64,000 nucleotides of DNA from an uncultured Calditrichaceae bacterium. GTDB lineage: Bacteria; Calditrichota; Calditrichia; RBG-13-44-9. The stretch is taken from assembly GCA_964617285.1 (NCBI GenBank), contig CAZTXJ010000001.1, positions 15,237-79,236 on the forward strand, written 5' to 3'. The position numbers and the translations under genes were made by a program. Positions 30,863 to 40,692 of the stretch are shown here, one piece after another; position 1 is the first letter of the stretch; each line of letters opens with the position of its first letter. The notes under the pieces were generated by a model. The model was not told where the DNA came from. It did no database searches and saw only the letters and a program-made list of their open reading frames with translations.

Positions 30863-31858
30863 TTAATCTTTGCTGGATTCCTGAACCGGATTTTGATGAA
30901 AGGTTTTTCGCTTCAAAAGTGAAGCAGGTAACCCGTAACGGTAAAAAGTGCCAACCGGATCGACAAATTTATCAAAAAGTCGCTGAATTGATTCTTCATC
31001 GCTGTAATCCACAATGGAGGCCAGGCCGGAAAGTGCTTTGGCACCCTGATCTTTAACCCGGCTGGTAGGGCCAAAACAACCGGTACAGGGCATATTCCCG
31101 TTAACACACAAAGCTCCGCATCCGCTCCGGGTGGCCGGTCCCATACAAAAAATGCCCTGCGCCAGAAGGCATTTTTCCGGATCGATTTCCACTTCCTGGA
31201 CGCGCTTGAGATCTTTGATCAACAACTTTTCCGGTTTGCTCTGATTCCTATCGCATTCGTCACACAGCGCTTTATCCGGAGACAGCACGGTACCCTTTGG
31301 TGGCAGTTCACCCTTTAAAATGGTTTGAATGGCTTCCAGTAACAACTTCGGGGTAGGTGGGCATCCCGGGAGATAATAGTCTACCTCGACCAGATCATGC
31401 AGATGTTTTACTGTATCAAAAAATTCCGGGAGATGCAAATCATGTCCGTTCATCGATGCATCTTCCAGCGGCACCACCTGATTATTTTCCTGCAGGGAAG
31501 GGACCTCATGGTAGACGCGGTTGAAAATACTTTCTTTGTTCCACAGATTACCCAGCCCCGGTATGCCGCCAAGATGTGCGCAGCTACCAAAAGCAATGAT
31601 CATCTTGGATTTGCGTTCCAGAAGGTAAACCATTTCCTCCTGTTCACCCAGACGGATGGCCCCATTTATGAAAGCGACATCAATTTCTTTATCCTGCATT
31701 TTAGCCACATCTTCTTTTTTGAAATCGAGGGCGACCGGCCAGAAAACAATATCGACTGCTTCAACCACATCCAGAATGTTTTCGGCGAGATCGACCACCG
31801 CTTCCTCACAACCACCGCAACTGGCGCACCAATAAAAAGCAACTTTGGGTTTTGACAT
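30863..31858 (-). CDS. mvhG: [NiFe] hydrogenase small subunit, group 3 (MvhG-like)
   Basis: N-terminal FYWCASCGGCEE proximal-cluster motif. Additional Cys clusters at the C-terminus. Confidence 0.8.
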   Translation of the reverse strand: MSKPKVAFYWCASCGGCEEAVVDLAENILDVVEAVDIVFWPVALDFKKEDVAKMQDKEIDVAFINGAIRLGEQEEMVYLLERKSKMIIAFGSCAHLGGIPGLGNLWNKESIFNRVYHEVPSLQENNQVVPLEDASMNGHDLHLPEFFDTVKHLHDLVEVDYYLPGCPPTPKLLLEAIQTILKGELPPKGTVLSPDKALCDECDRNQSKPEKLLIKDLKRVQEVEIDPEKCLLAQGIFCMGPATRSGCGALCVNGNMPCTGCFGPTSRVKDQGAKALSGLASIVDYSDEESIQRLFDKFVDPVGTFYRYGLPASLLKRKTFHQNPVQESSKD

Positions 31859-31933
31859 TTCGACTTACCTCAATTTATAATTGTCATCCGGTAATCATAT
31901 TTGGTTCACTTACGTAAAACATATGCTCTTTAG

Positions 31934-32395
31934 TTATAAGACAGGTGCTGCTACTGCCTCTGCCTCGCTTTCTACTTCTTCAGTAACCGGAGATGCAGAA
32001 ATTTTTAAAGGACCCAACTCTCTTAATTGATCGACCATTTCGTTGATTACCCGTTGAACTTTATCACCTTCGGAAGCGGAAATCCATTCCAGGCGAAGAC
32101 GCTTTTTTTCGATCCCCATCTGTTCAAGAAGTCTTTGAAGCAGATGAAATCTTCGCAAAGTCTTATAATTACCTTCCTGATAATGGCAATCCCCGGGATG
32201 GCAACCACCGATCAATACGCCATCGGCTCCCCGGTGGAAAGCATCCAGGATAAACTGGGGATCAATTCTGCCAGAGCACATGATCCGAACAATGCGCACA
32301 TTGGGAGCGTAACTCATCCGAGCAGTACCCGCCAGGTCTGCTGCGGTGTAAGTGCACCAGGTGCAGAAAAATGCAACTACTTTTGGTTCGTACAT
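31934..32395 (-). CDS. mvhD: MvhD-like hydrogenase delta subunit (2Fe-2S)
   Basis: KVVAFFCTWCTYTAADLAG...MCSGR...GCHPGDCHY, the MvhD/FlpD Cys pattern. Confidence 0.8.
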   Translation of the reverse strand: MYEPKVVAFFCTWCTYTAADLAGTARMSYAPNVRIVRIMCSGRIDPQFILDAFHRGADGVLIGGCHPGDCHYQEGNYKTLRRFHLLQRLLEQMGIEKKRLRLEWISASEGDKVQRVINEMVDQLRELGPLKISASPVTEEVESEAEAVAAPVL

Positions 32396-32466
32396 GGATC
32401 TTTATCCTTTTTGTAATTGAACTGTCTGTCATTCTTAAATTTATTCATTCAACCTAACTATTCCAG

Positions 32467-35400
32467 CTAAACCATAAGTCCTTCTATTTCGGAGAATATC
32501 TGTTCGTCCAGATAGAGATGCTGGCGTGCAGCGCCACTCGGACAGGCGGAGACACAAGTGCCGCATCCCTTGCAAAGTACCTCGTTAATAACCGATATGG
32601 CCTTCTCCTTGTCGAAGCTGATGGCAGTGTAAGGACAGAGAGAGACGCAGGTTTGACAACCGGAACAGTACTCTTCTTCGATCCAGGCGGTATTTGGTTC
32701 CAGCTCCACCTCGCCGCGATCGATAAGAGCAAGGGCTTCCGCGGCGGCGGCACCGGCCTGGGCTACGGTATCCGGAATGTCTTTTGGCGATTGGCAAGCA
32801 CCGGCCAGGAAAATTCCGTCTGTGGCAGTAGAAATCGGTGCTAATTTGGGATGTCTCTCCAGGAAAAATCCCTCATTACTGCAGGAGATATTGAAGATTC
32901 TCCGGATTTCATCCGCATCGGGTTGTGGTTCCAGACCGGTTGAAAGGATAACCATATCCACTGGTATTCGTCTTACCATACCAATCAGTGTATCCTCAAC
33001 CCGAATCACCAGTTTGCCCTCCTCGGAAGGATCCAGGGGTACGTCACTGACTTCGGCAACCCGTCCCCGGATCATGTGCGCCCCTTCTTCCAGTATCCGA
33101 TCATAGAACTCTTCATATCCTTTACCAAAGGTTCGCATATCAATATAGAAGTTATAGACCTCGGCATTTGTTCGCTCGTGCATCAGATGGGCAAATTTAA
33201 GTGAGTACATACAGCAAACCCGGGAGCAGTACCGGTTATGATTTTTGTCGCGCGATCCCACACAATGAATTATTCCCACTGACTTGGGTTTTCCTCCATC
33301 CCGTAAAATAATTTCACCACCGGTGGGTCCGGCAGCATTGATCAGCCTTTCCACTTCCAAGCTGGTGTAGACATTGGCCAGTTTTTTATAACCATAATGC
33401 GGGATTTTTTCGGCATCGAAAGATTTAAATCCAGTGGCGATGATTATGGAGCCGACATCGATCTCTTTTATCTCATCCTTTTGGTGATAATCGATAGCCT
33501 TTGCTTCGCAGGTATTAACACATAACTCACAGTCGCAGCAACCGGCGCAGGCCAGACAACGATTGGCTTCTTCGATGGCCATCTCTTCCGTGTAGCCCTG
33601 GTGTACCTCGTCGAAGGACTTCCTTCTCTCAATCTCAATGGCCGGAATTTCAACCCGCCATTTTACCGGAATACCCTCGGTATCAAATTCAAAACTTGGT
33701 TCGAAAGGACCTTCCAGTTCCCGACCCTCGCTCATATCCTCACTTTTGAGATAACGATCAATAGAGATGGCAGCTTTCCGACCGGCAAACATGGCATTGA
33801 CCACTACATCAGGACCCGATACACAATCTCCTCCGGCAAAGATGCCTTCGATATTTGTTTCCAGAGTGACCGGGTCGGCTGCAAATGTATCCCATTGTGT
33901 TACAGTCAGGCCCAGCCGGTCCTTAAGTGTCTCCAGTTCCGGCATCTGACCGATGGTGACGATGACTGCGTCGCAAGGCAGGATGAACTCGGATCCCGGG
34001 ACAGGTACCGGTCGTCGGCGACCACTTTCGTCCGGATGGCCTAATCGGGTGCGAATGCATTCCAGTCCCGCTACATGTGTTGAGCCCATAAACTGACGGG
34101 GCATGGCATTGAAATAAATGCGGATACCTTCTTTTTCTGCTTCCCGGATTTCCAGTTCGTCAGCCGGCATTTCATTTCTGCCCCGGCGGTAAACAATGGT
34201 AACCTCTTCCGCATCTGTGCGCAGGGCGGTCCTTGCCGCATCGATGGCCGAATTACCACCGCCAATGACCAGAACCTTTTTGCCCAGTTTCACTTTCTCA
34301 CCACTGTTCACTCGCTTGAGAAAATCAATTCCACCCCAGATTCCATTCAGGATTTCATTGGGAATATTTAAGCTCCGCTCCTTACCACAGCCAATGGCCA
34401 GGTATACTGCCTGATATTTTTCTTTGAGCTGTTTTAAGGAAATGTCTCGTCCAATCTTGGTATTTAATTTTATGTTTACACCGGTTTCCTCAATACGACT
34501 GATTTCTTCATTCAGGATGTGACGGGGTAACCGGAATGCGGGAATACCCATCCATAACATTCCACCCGGCATCTGATTCGCTTCATATATCTGTACCTGA
34601 TAACCCCGATGTCGTAATTCGTAAGCACACATTAATCCTGAAGGACCGGATCCAACAATCGCCACCTTTTCTTTTCTCTGAATCGCCGGATCTGGTTTTG
34701 GCAAGCTGAATTGGCCAACATGGTCTGTGACAAAGCGTTTAAGTGCCGGAACATTAATGGCGTCATCAACCTTATTTCGCGAGCACATAGACATACACGG
34801 ATGCGAGCACACCCGGCCACAAATTGCCGGAAGGGGATTATCCCGGAGAATAACCTCCAGTGCCTCTTCAAACCGGCCCCCGGCGATCAATTTAATATAT
34901 GCCTGTGCATTCTGATGTAAGCTGCAGGTTGCCTGGCAGGGTGGCATCCCTTTACGGGAAATGGTATAGGTGTTCGGTACCGATTGAGGAAATGGCCGGT
35001 AAATGGCTTTGCGGGTTCCCAGGCCTTCGTCAAATTCGGAGGGTATATCCACCGGACAGACCTTCACACATTCACCACAGCCGGTGCATGCTTCTTCGTT
35101 TATAAATCTAGCTTTCTTTTTAACTTTCACCTTAAAGTTGCCAACATAACCATCCACGCCTTCCACTTCAGAATAAGTCATGAGTTCTATATTTGGATGT
35201 GCGGCTACTTGGGTCATTTTTGGGGTCAGGATACAAGCCGAGCAATCCAGGGTGGGAAAAGTTTTATCGAATTTTGCCATATGGCCACCGATGGATGGCT
35301 CCCGTTCGATCAGATAAACCTTTTTCCCGGCATCTGCCATCGTAAGAGCGGCTTGTATTCCAGCGATTCCTCCACCAATGACCATGGTATCCGGATGCAC

Positions 35401-35841
35401 CGGCACTGATCGTTTCTTAAGGGGCTCGTGAAAGTATACCCGCTTAACGCCTGCTGAAATCAGGGCTTTTGCTTTATCGGTCGCCTGGACTTTATCCAGG
35501 GTTACCCAGGACACATGTTCCCGGATATTTGCCATCTGGAAGAAATAGGGATTTTCACCACCTTCCCGGACAGCCCTGCGGAAGGTCACTTCATGCATCA
35601 GGGGCGAACAGGATGCAACCAGCACCCGGTTCACACCTAATTCTTTAATATCCTTTTTGATTAAATCCTGGCCGGGATCGGAACACATAAATTTATACTC
35701 CCGGGCAATTTCGACATGGGGAAGTGTCTGGGCGAATTCCACCACTTCGGATATATCAACCTTGCCAGCGATGTTTGCTCCACAGTGACAAATGTAGACG
35801 CCAATTTTGATATCACCATTGTTGTTCATTTTAGTCTCCAT
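32467..35841 (-). CDS. hdrA: HdrA-like heterodisulfide reductase flavoprotein with an inserted complete GltD/NfnB-like NAD(P)H-FAD module (1124 aa)
   Basis: HdrA N-terminal Cys domain. First Rossmann fold VIGGGIAGIQAAL, inserted ferredoxin CTGCGECVKVCP, HdrA core (CVGSRD, CSRVCC) and C-terminal 2x4Fe-4S. Between these, at about 33740-34950, lies a GltD-like module: CGRVCSHPC...C Fe-S, VAIVGSGPSGLMCAYEL FAD, VLVIGGGNSAIDAA NAD(P)H and GGDCVSGPD. Confidence 0.75.
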   Translation of the reverse strand: METKMNNNGDIKIGVYICHCGANIAGKVDISEVVEFAQTLPHVEIAREYKFMCSDPGQDLIKKDIKELGVNRVLVASCSPLMHEVTFRRAVREGGENPYFFQMANIREHVSWVTLDKVQATDKAKALISAGVKRVYFHEPLKKRSVPVHPDTMVIGGGIAGIQAALTMADAGKKVYLIEREPSIGGHMAKFDKTFPTLDCSACILTPKMTQVAAHPNIELMTYSEVEGVDGYVGNFKVKVKKKARFINEEACTGCGECVKVCPVDIPSEFDEGLGTRKAIYRPFPQSVPNTYTISRKGMPPCQATCSLHQNAQAYIKLIAGGRFEEALEVILRDNPLPAICGRVCSHPCMSMCSRNKVDDAINVPALKRFVTDHVGQFSLPKPDPAIQRKEKVAIVGSGPSGLMCAYELRHRGYQVQIYEANQMPGGMLWMGIPAFRLPRHILNEEISRIEETGVNIKLNTKIGRDISLKQLKEKYQAVYLAIGCGKERSLNIPNEILNGIWGGIDFLKRVNSGEKVKLGKKVLVIGGGNSAIDAARTALRTDAEEVTIVYRRGRNEMPADELEIREAEKEGIRIYFNAMPRQFMGSTHVAGLECIRTRLGHPDESGRRRPVPVPGSEFILPCDAVIVTIGQMPELETLKDRLGLTVTQWDTFAADPVTLETNIEGIFAGGDCVSGPDVVVNAMFAGRKAAISIDRYLKSEDMSEGRELEGPFEPSFEFDTEGIPVKWRVEIPAIEIERRKSFDEVHQGYTEEMAIEEANRCLACAGCCDCELCVNTCEAKAIDYHQKDEIKEIDVGSIIIATGFKSFDAEKIPHYGYKKLANVYTSLEVERLINAAGPTGGEIILRDGGKPKSVGIIHCVGSRDKNHNRYCSRVCCMYSLKFAHLMHERTNAEVYNFYIDMRTFGKGYEEFYDRILEEGAHMIRGRVAEVSDVPLDPSEEGKLVIRVEDTLIGMVRRIPVDMVILSTGLEPQPDADEIRRIFNISCSNEGFFLERHPKLAPISTATDGIFLAGACQSPKDIPDTVAQAGAAAAEALALIDRGEVELEPNTAWIEEEYCSGCQTCVSLCPYTAISFDKEKAISVINEVLCKGCGTCVSACPSGAARQHLYLDEQIFSEIEGLMV

Positions 35842-35868
35842 GAAAGTTTTTCATAGAACGTTCCCAGT

Positions 35869-36762
35869 TTAAATATTTGTCTGTATTTCCGGGACTTCGA
35901 TGCTCTTCATCAGATCCTTTGGGAAAATGATGGATCTTTTTATTCCCAGTTTCTTTGCCGGAATTCCAAAGGCAAGACCGAGAATTTGTGTGAAATAAAG
36001 AATAGGTATTTCTTTAATGTCGTTATATTTCTTCAAAATTTTCCGCTGATAAGCTTCCAGATTAAACTGACAGAGTGGACATACTGTAACGATGCAGTTG
36101 GCCCCGCGGCGTTGTGCTTCGGAGAGTAAAATATAATTTATCCGTAATCCGACCTCCTCGATGGTACCGGTTAAGGATCCACCGCAACACCTGGTTTTCA
36201 CCGGATAATCCACCGCTTCGGCGCCAAGATATTCGAAGATCTGGTCCATGGTGTCCGGAAAACAGGGATGGTCAAATTCCTGGTAAGGTCGGACGATTTG
36301 GCATCCGTAGTATGGTGCAATTTTAAATGATCTCAATGGTATCCGAACCCGGTTTTGGATTTTTTCAAATCCTACGTCATGCAGCAGCACTTCCAGCGGA
36401 TGACGTACCCGGACTGTACCGCGGTAAACCAGATCGGCTGCGGTAAGAGCTTTATCCACCTTTTCCCGGATTTCCGGATATTGCTTTATATACTTCATGG
36501 TTTTTAACAAAACCAGGTAACAGGCACTACAGGGTGCAACCAGATCGAAACCCATTTCTTCAGCGATAGCTAAATTTCTCGCAGAAACCGCAAAGGACAT
36601 ATTTTCATCGACAGACATATACATCGTCGCACCACAACAATTCCAGTCGGGCAATTCCAGTAATTTCAGGTCCAGGGCCTCAAAAACCGCCAGCAAAGAT
36701 TCTTCGTATTGTTTTGCCGTTCCCTTAACAGAACATCCCGGATAATATGAGTAGGTTTTCAT
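35869..36762 (-). CDS. hdrB: Heterodisulfide reductase subunit B-like (two CCG domains)
   Basis: CCGATMYM and CCGGSL motifs with flanking Cys, the duplicated Cx..CCG..CxxC pattern. Confidence 0.8.
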   Translation of the reverse strand: MKTYSYYPGCSVKGTAKQYEESLLAVFEALDLKLLELPDWNCCGATMYMSVDENMSFAVSARNLAIAEEMGFDLVAPCSACYLVLLKTMKYIKQYPEIREKVDKALTAADLVYRGTVRVRHPLEVLLHDVGFEKIQNRVRIPLRSFKIAPYYGCQIVRPYQEFDHPCFPDTMDQIFEYLGAEAVDYPVKTRCCGGSLTGTIEEVGLRINYILLSEAQRRGANCIVTVCPLCQFNLEAYQRKILKKYNDIKEIPILYFTQILGLAFGIPAKKLGIKRSIIFPKDLMKSIEVPEIQTNI

Positions 36763-36764
36763 GA

Positions 36765-37337
36765 TCAGGCCTCCAGTGCTTTGAATATTTTCCGGATTTG
36801 CTTAAGGTTTTTAATTTTTTCAGTACCGAAGCGCATTCGCCCGGTTCTCAGCAGGTTTGCTCCCAATGGTATCATGGCAATCAGACTGGAAAGCCGTGTT
36901 TTCATGGCAAGTTTTACCACAAGCCAGCTTTCGGTAATCCGCCCGTTTTTCCGGATGGTATTGGTGAAGAGGCGGGCTAAAATGGGGATGCTAAATTTTT
37001 TACTGGGATATATTCCCTCCTCGATCGCCCGTCTTTTAAAGGCATACATCACATCAGTAATTTTAATATTTCTGGGGCAACTCACCAGACAGGCATAACA
37101 GGAGGAACATAGCCAGATTGTGAAACTGCTTAGAACCTCTTCCTTAAATCCGGCATCAGCCATAGCGATCAGTCGTCGGGGAGTATTATCCATGTAAATA
37201 CTCATGGGACAAATACTGCTGCAGGTTCCACACTGAATGCACTCCCGGATATTTTCTCCACCGGGAACACTCGAGATCCATTGTGGAAAAGAATGATCGA
37301 GCTCATTCTCGTATTTTACTTTTCTTTGAACTTCCAT
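36765..37337 (-). CDS. hdrC: Heterodisulfide reductase subunit C-like (2x4Fe-4S)
   Basis: CIQCGTCSSICP and CSSCYACLVSCP. The start is taken at MEVQRKV, which has a GGAGGG ribosome-binding site; the tracked ORF extends to 37367 without one. Confidence 0.75.
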   Translation of the reverse strand: MEVQRKVKYENELDHSFPQWISSVPGGENIRECIQCGTCSSICPMSIYMDNTPRRLIAMADAGFKEEVLSSFTIWLCSSCYACLVSCPRNIKITDVMYAFKRRAIEEGIYPSKKFSIPILARLFTNTIRKNGRITESWLVVKLAMKTRLSSLIAMIPLGANLLRTGRMRFGTEKIKNLKQIRKIFKALEA

Positions 37338-37383
37338 TGAAAACCCTCCAATGGGTATTTTGGTCATTTATTGATTCTAATAA

Positions 37384-37401
37384 TGGCAAATCGTATGCCC
37401 G
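37384..37401 (-). promoter_or_regulatory. Candidate sigma-54 (-24/-12) promoter for the hdrCBA-mvhDGA operon
   Basis: Minus-strand reading cgGGCATacgatTTGCCa. GG and GC have consensus spacing, TTGC is exact, and there are three mismatches to TGGCACG. Predicted transcription start is near 37374, about 37 nt before the hdrC start. A divergent NtrC-type regulator is adjacent. Confidence 0.4.
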
Positions 37402-37700
37402 TAATTTTTGTTAAGATGGTTTAATGAACCATTTATCACAAACTGCTATAATTACTAGAGGTTATGGAGAAAGGTGTAAAAATCATCTAATAGTGTACTA
37501 TTGAAAGGGGTGTCTAAAGTATACGGTTAAGCGGGTAAAAAGTAAACTCTCATATCATGATAAGTGTTAATTATATTGGAATTATTAAAAAATATTTTCT
37601 CTTCCGTGGAAATGTTTTAGTGAAAATAAAGAAAAAATCTTAATTGTTGAGAAATTAAACATTATATAATATCTTAGATAGAGAAAATTTTTACAATAAC

Positions 37701-39365
37701 ATGCGTATCAGAGCTAAATCACACATTGGTGCCTTTACAAGATCATTAAGTTTTAAACTCCTCCTGATCCTGTTAACAATCATGTTTTTATTTTTCGCCT
37801 TCTATGTAGTTCTTTATTCAACTATGCAAAAGCGAATCTATGAGCATACAATTGAATTGGGAGCTTATCGGAACAGTGATATTATTAAGAATGCCCTCTA
37901 TCGACTGATGCTCAAAAATGAACGGGAGGAGCTTTTTAATACCATAAAGATTATTGGTAATGAACCCGGTCTTGAAGATATTCGGATTTACAATAAAAAG
38001 GGAGAGATTACTTACTCGACAAATGAATCCGAAACCGGAACAGTGGTAGACATGAGAGCCGAAGCCTGCTATGCCTGTCATGCAGCTAATGAACCTATAC
38101 AATCACTGCAGACCGAGGATAAAACCAGAATATATGAAGGGCCCAAGGGTTATCGGATTATGGGAATGATAAATCCCATCAGAAATGCGCCTGAATGCAG
38201 TAATCAGGTCTGCCATGCTCATAATCCCGAACAGACAATTTTGGGTGTTCTTGATGTCAGGATGTCACTCAACGAACTGGATCAGGCGGTTTTCCAGACT
38301 AGGGTTGCAGCAATTTCTCTCTCCTTTGGCCTGACAATTTTAGCCCTGGTCTTATTTTCCATCATGGTATATATCATCATTTATCGACCGATAAAAACGC
38401 TTCAGGCCGGTACAGTCAGGCTAGCGGTTGGTGATCTCGATTATCGAATTGACATGAAGCGCAGGGATGAGTTAGGAATGCTGGCTCAGTCATTTAATAA
38501 TATGGCAGAGAATCTGAAAAAGGCATATCAGGAATTAAAAGACTGGTCCAACAAACTGGAAAAACGAGTGGATGAAAAAACCGATCAATTGGAGAAGATG
38601 CATAAGGGGCTAATTCATGTGGAGAAGATGGCCTCACTCGGTAAAATGGCCGCTTCCGTAGCCCACGAGTTGAATAATCCCCTGGCTGGTATCGTTACTT
38701 ATTCGAAATTAATTCAGAAAAGAATCCGGAAAAACGGGACCTCACCAGAAGATCTAAAGAAAATTATCAATGAGTTGGAACTGATCAGTTCGGAATCCAT
38801 GCGTTGCGGAAATATCGTCCGGAATCTTCTTGCCTTCGCCCGGGAAACCTCGGCAAACTTCCAGGAATTTAATATTGAAGAGATCATAAATCGTGGATTG
38901 GAAATCCTGAGTCATCATATGCAATTGGCGGGGGTGGAATTTGAAAAAAACATACGGGTAACATCCAAGAAATTGTTTTGCGATGCCGAACAAATGGTGC
39001 AGGCGCTGATTGCTTTATTCGTTAATGCAGTGGAAGCCATGCCGGATGGAGGAACTTTAAATATCACTGTGGAAGACATCCCGGAGAAACCTTCCTGGAT
39101 GAGAATAAAGATTGCCGATACTGGTATAGGAATTTCAGCGGAAACCCTGGACAAGATTTTCGAACCATTTTTTACCACCAAGGAGGAAAAGAAGGGCGTT
39201 GGTCTGGGTTTGCCGGTGGTCTATGGCATTATTCAGCGACACCAGGGCAAAATTCGGGTGGAATCTGAAAAAGGTAAAGGCAGTACCTTTATCATTGAAT
39301 TACCCCGGCAGCAAACCGGGTTAGTGGAAGAAAGAGAAAGGGGTGATGAAGATGAAACCGTATAA
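37701..39365 (+). CDS. Sensor histidine kinase with periplasmic domain carrying c-type haem motifs, HAMP, HisKA and HATPase
   Basis: TM1, a roughly 165-aa periplasmic region containing CYACH (CxxCH) and CSNQVCH (Cx4CH), TM2, HAMP, then H-box AHELNNPL and N/G boxes. Confidence 0.8.
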   Translation: MRIRAKSHIGAFTRSLSFKLLLILLTIMFLFFAFYVVLYSTMQKRIYEHTIELGAYRNSDIIKNALYRLMLKNEREELFNTIKIIGNEPGLEDIRIYNKKGEITYSTNESETGTVVDMRAEACYACHAANEPIQSLQTEDKTRIYEGPKGYRIMGMINPIRNAPECSNQVCHAHNPEQTILGVLDVRMSLNELDQAVFQTRVAAISLSFGLTILALVLFSIMVYIIIYRPIKTLQAGTVRLAVGDLDYRIDMKRRDELGMLAQSFNNMAENLKKAYQELKDWSNKLEKRVDEKTDQLEKMHKGLIHVEKMASLGKMAASVAHELNNPLAGIVTYSKLIQKRIRKNGTSPEDLKKIINELELISSESMRCGNIVRNLLAFARETSANFQEFNIEEIINRGLEILSHHMQLAGVEFEKNIRVTSKKLFCDAEQMVQALIALFVNAVEAMPDGGTLNITVEDIPEKPSWMRIKIADTGIGISAETLDKIFEPFFTTKEEKKGVGLGLPVVYGIIQRHQGKIRVESEKGKGSTFIIELPRQQTGLVEERERGDEDETV

Positions 39366-40692
39366 AATCTTAATCGTGGATGATGAGTTATCGGTGCGAA
39401 CTTCCCTGAAGGAATGGTTTCTTGAGGAAGGATTTACTGTGGAAACTGCAGAAAGCGGGGAAGATGCTCTGAATAAGATGCATACCGGTCCCTACGATTT
39501 AATCCTGCTGGATATTAAGATGCCTGGTATGGATGGCATCACCCTGCAAAAGAAGATCAAGGAAATTGATGAGGATGCCATCATCATTATCATGACCGCT
39601 TATGCCTCGGTGGATACCGCGGTTGAAGCACTTAAATTGGGTGCTTTCGATTATGTGACCAAGCCATTCGATCCCGATGACCTCTCCCAGCTCATCAGAA
39701 ATGCACTGAAACAAAAAGAATTGACTTCAGAGAATGTTCAGTTAAAGGAGAAAATTTCCGAACTATCCGGAGTGGACGATATTATTGGCCAGAGTGAAGA
39801 AATGAAACGAGTTTTTGAGATGGTTGATACTGTGGCGGAAACGGATTCTACCGTCCTGATCCGGGGTGAAAGTGGAACCGGAAAGGAACTTATCGCCAGG
39901 GCAATTCATAGCCGGAGTAAGCGAAGGTATTTTCCGATTGTGGCAGTGAATTGTGGGGCCATACCGGAAACATTATTGGAGAGCGAACTTTTTGGTCACG
40001 AGAAAGGGGCTTTTACCGGCGCCCAATACCGGCGCAAGGGAAAACTGGAACTGGCAAATGGCGGGACACTCTTCCTGGATGAAATCGGGGATATTTCATT
40101 CAAAATGCAGATAGATTTATTGCGCGTCCTCGAGGGCAAAAGATTTACCCGATTAGGTGGATCGGATGAAATCCAAGTTGATTTTCGGCTTATTTGTGCT
40201 ACCAATAAGAATTTGGAAAAATTAGTGGAGGAAGAAAAATTCCGGGAGGATCTATACTACCGGATTAATGTATTTTCTATTTTTCTGCCACCGTTAAGAA
40301 AAAGAAAAAGCGATATCATTATGCTGGCCAACCACTTTATCCAGAAATATGCAAGATCTATGGGTAAGCCGAAGAAGTCGATAGCTTCTAATGTGCAGGA
40401 AATGATGCTGGAATACTCCTGGCCGGGAAATGTGCGAGAACTGGAAAATGCCATTGAGCGAGCTATGGTCATTGGTAAGGGACCGGAAATTACCATTGAA
40501 GATCTGCCCCTTCATATAAACACAACTGAAAAATCGAATTCCGGTAAGGTGAAGCTATCCGATCTGGAGAAAGATCATATTCTGCGCATATTGGAAGAGA
40601 CCGGTGGAAATGTGACCAAAGCGGCCAATCTTTTGGGTATTGATCGGGTGACTTTATATAACAAAATGAAAAAATACGGTGTCAAGCGTTAA
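39343..40692 (+). CDS. Sigma-54-dependent response regulator (NtrC family)
   Basis: REC, AAA+ (GESGTGKE, GAFTGA) and Fis HTH. Start may be at [12 protein letters not shown]. Overlaps the kinase stop. Confidence 0.9.
   Translation: MMKMKPYKILIVDDELSVRTSLKEWFLEEGFTVETAESGEDALNKMHTGPYDLILLDIKMPGMDGITLQKKIKEIDEDAIIIIMTAYASVDTAVEALKLGAFDYVTKPFDPDDLSQLIRNALKQKELTSENVQLKEKISELSGVDDIIGQSEEMKRVFEMVDTVAETDSTVLIRGESGTGKELIARAIHSRSKRRYFPIVAVNCGAIPETLLESELFGHEKGAFTGAQYRRKGKLELANGGTLFLDEIGDISFKMQIDLLRVLEGKRFTRLGGSDEIQVDFRLICATNKNLEKLVEEEKFREDLYYRINVFSIFLPPLRKRKSDIIMLANHFIQKYARSMGKPKKSIASNVQEMMLEYSWPGNVRELENAIERAMVIGKGPEITIEDLPLHINTTEKSNSGKVKLSDLEKDHILRILEETGGNVTKAANLLGIDRVTLYNKMKKYGVKR

Noticed and set aside
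31397-31855. 152-aa plus-strand ORF within the hydrogenase small-subunit gene
   Set aside because: Antisense shadow ORF. The minus-strand frame carries the diagnostic CxxC motifs.
37338-37367. Tracked longer start (MTKIPIGGFS) for hdrC
   Set aside because: No ribosome-binding site, and it would leave a roughly 7-nt leader from the candidate promoter. The Met ten codons downstream has a GGAGGG site.
37384-37399. Plus-strand reading TGGCAAatcgtATGCC as a sigma-54 promoter for the haem sensor kinase
   Set aside because: The GG-to-GC spacing is one nucleotide short, and it is about 300 bp from the kinase start. The minus-strand reading of the same bases fits the consensus and is correctly positioned for hdrC.
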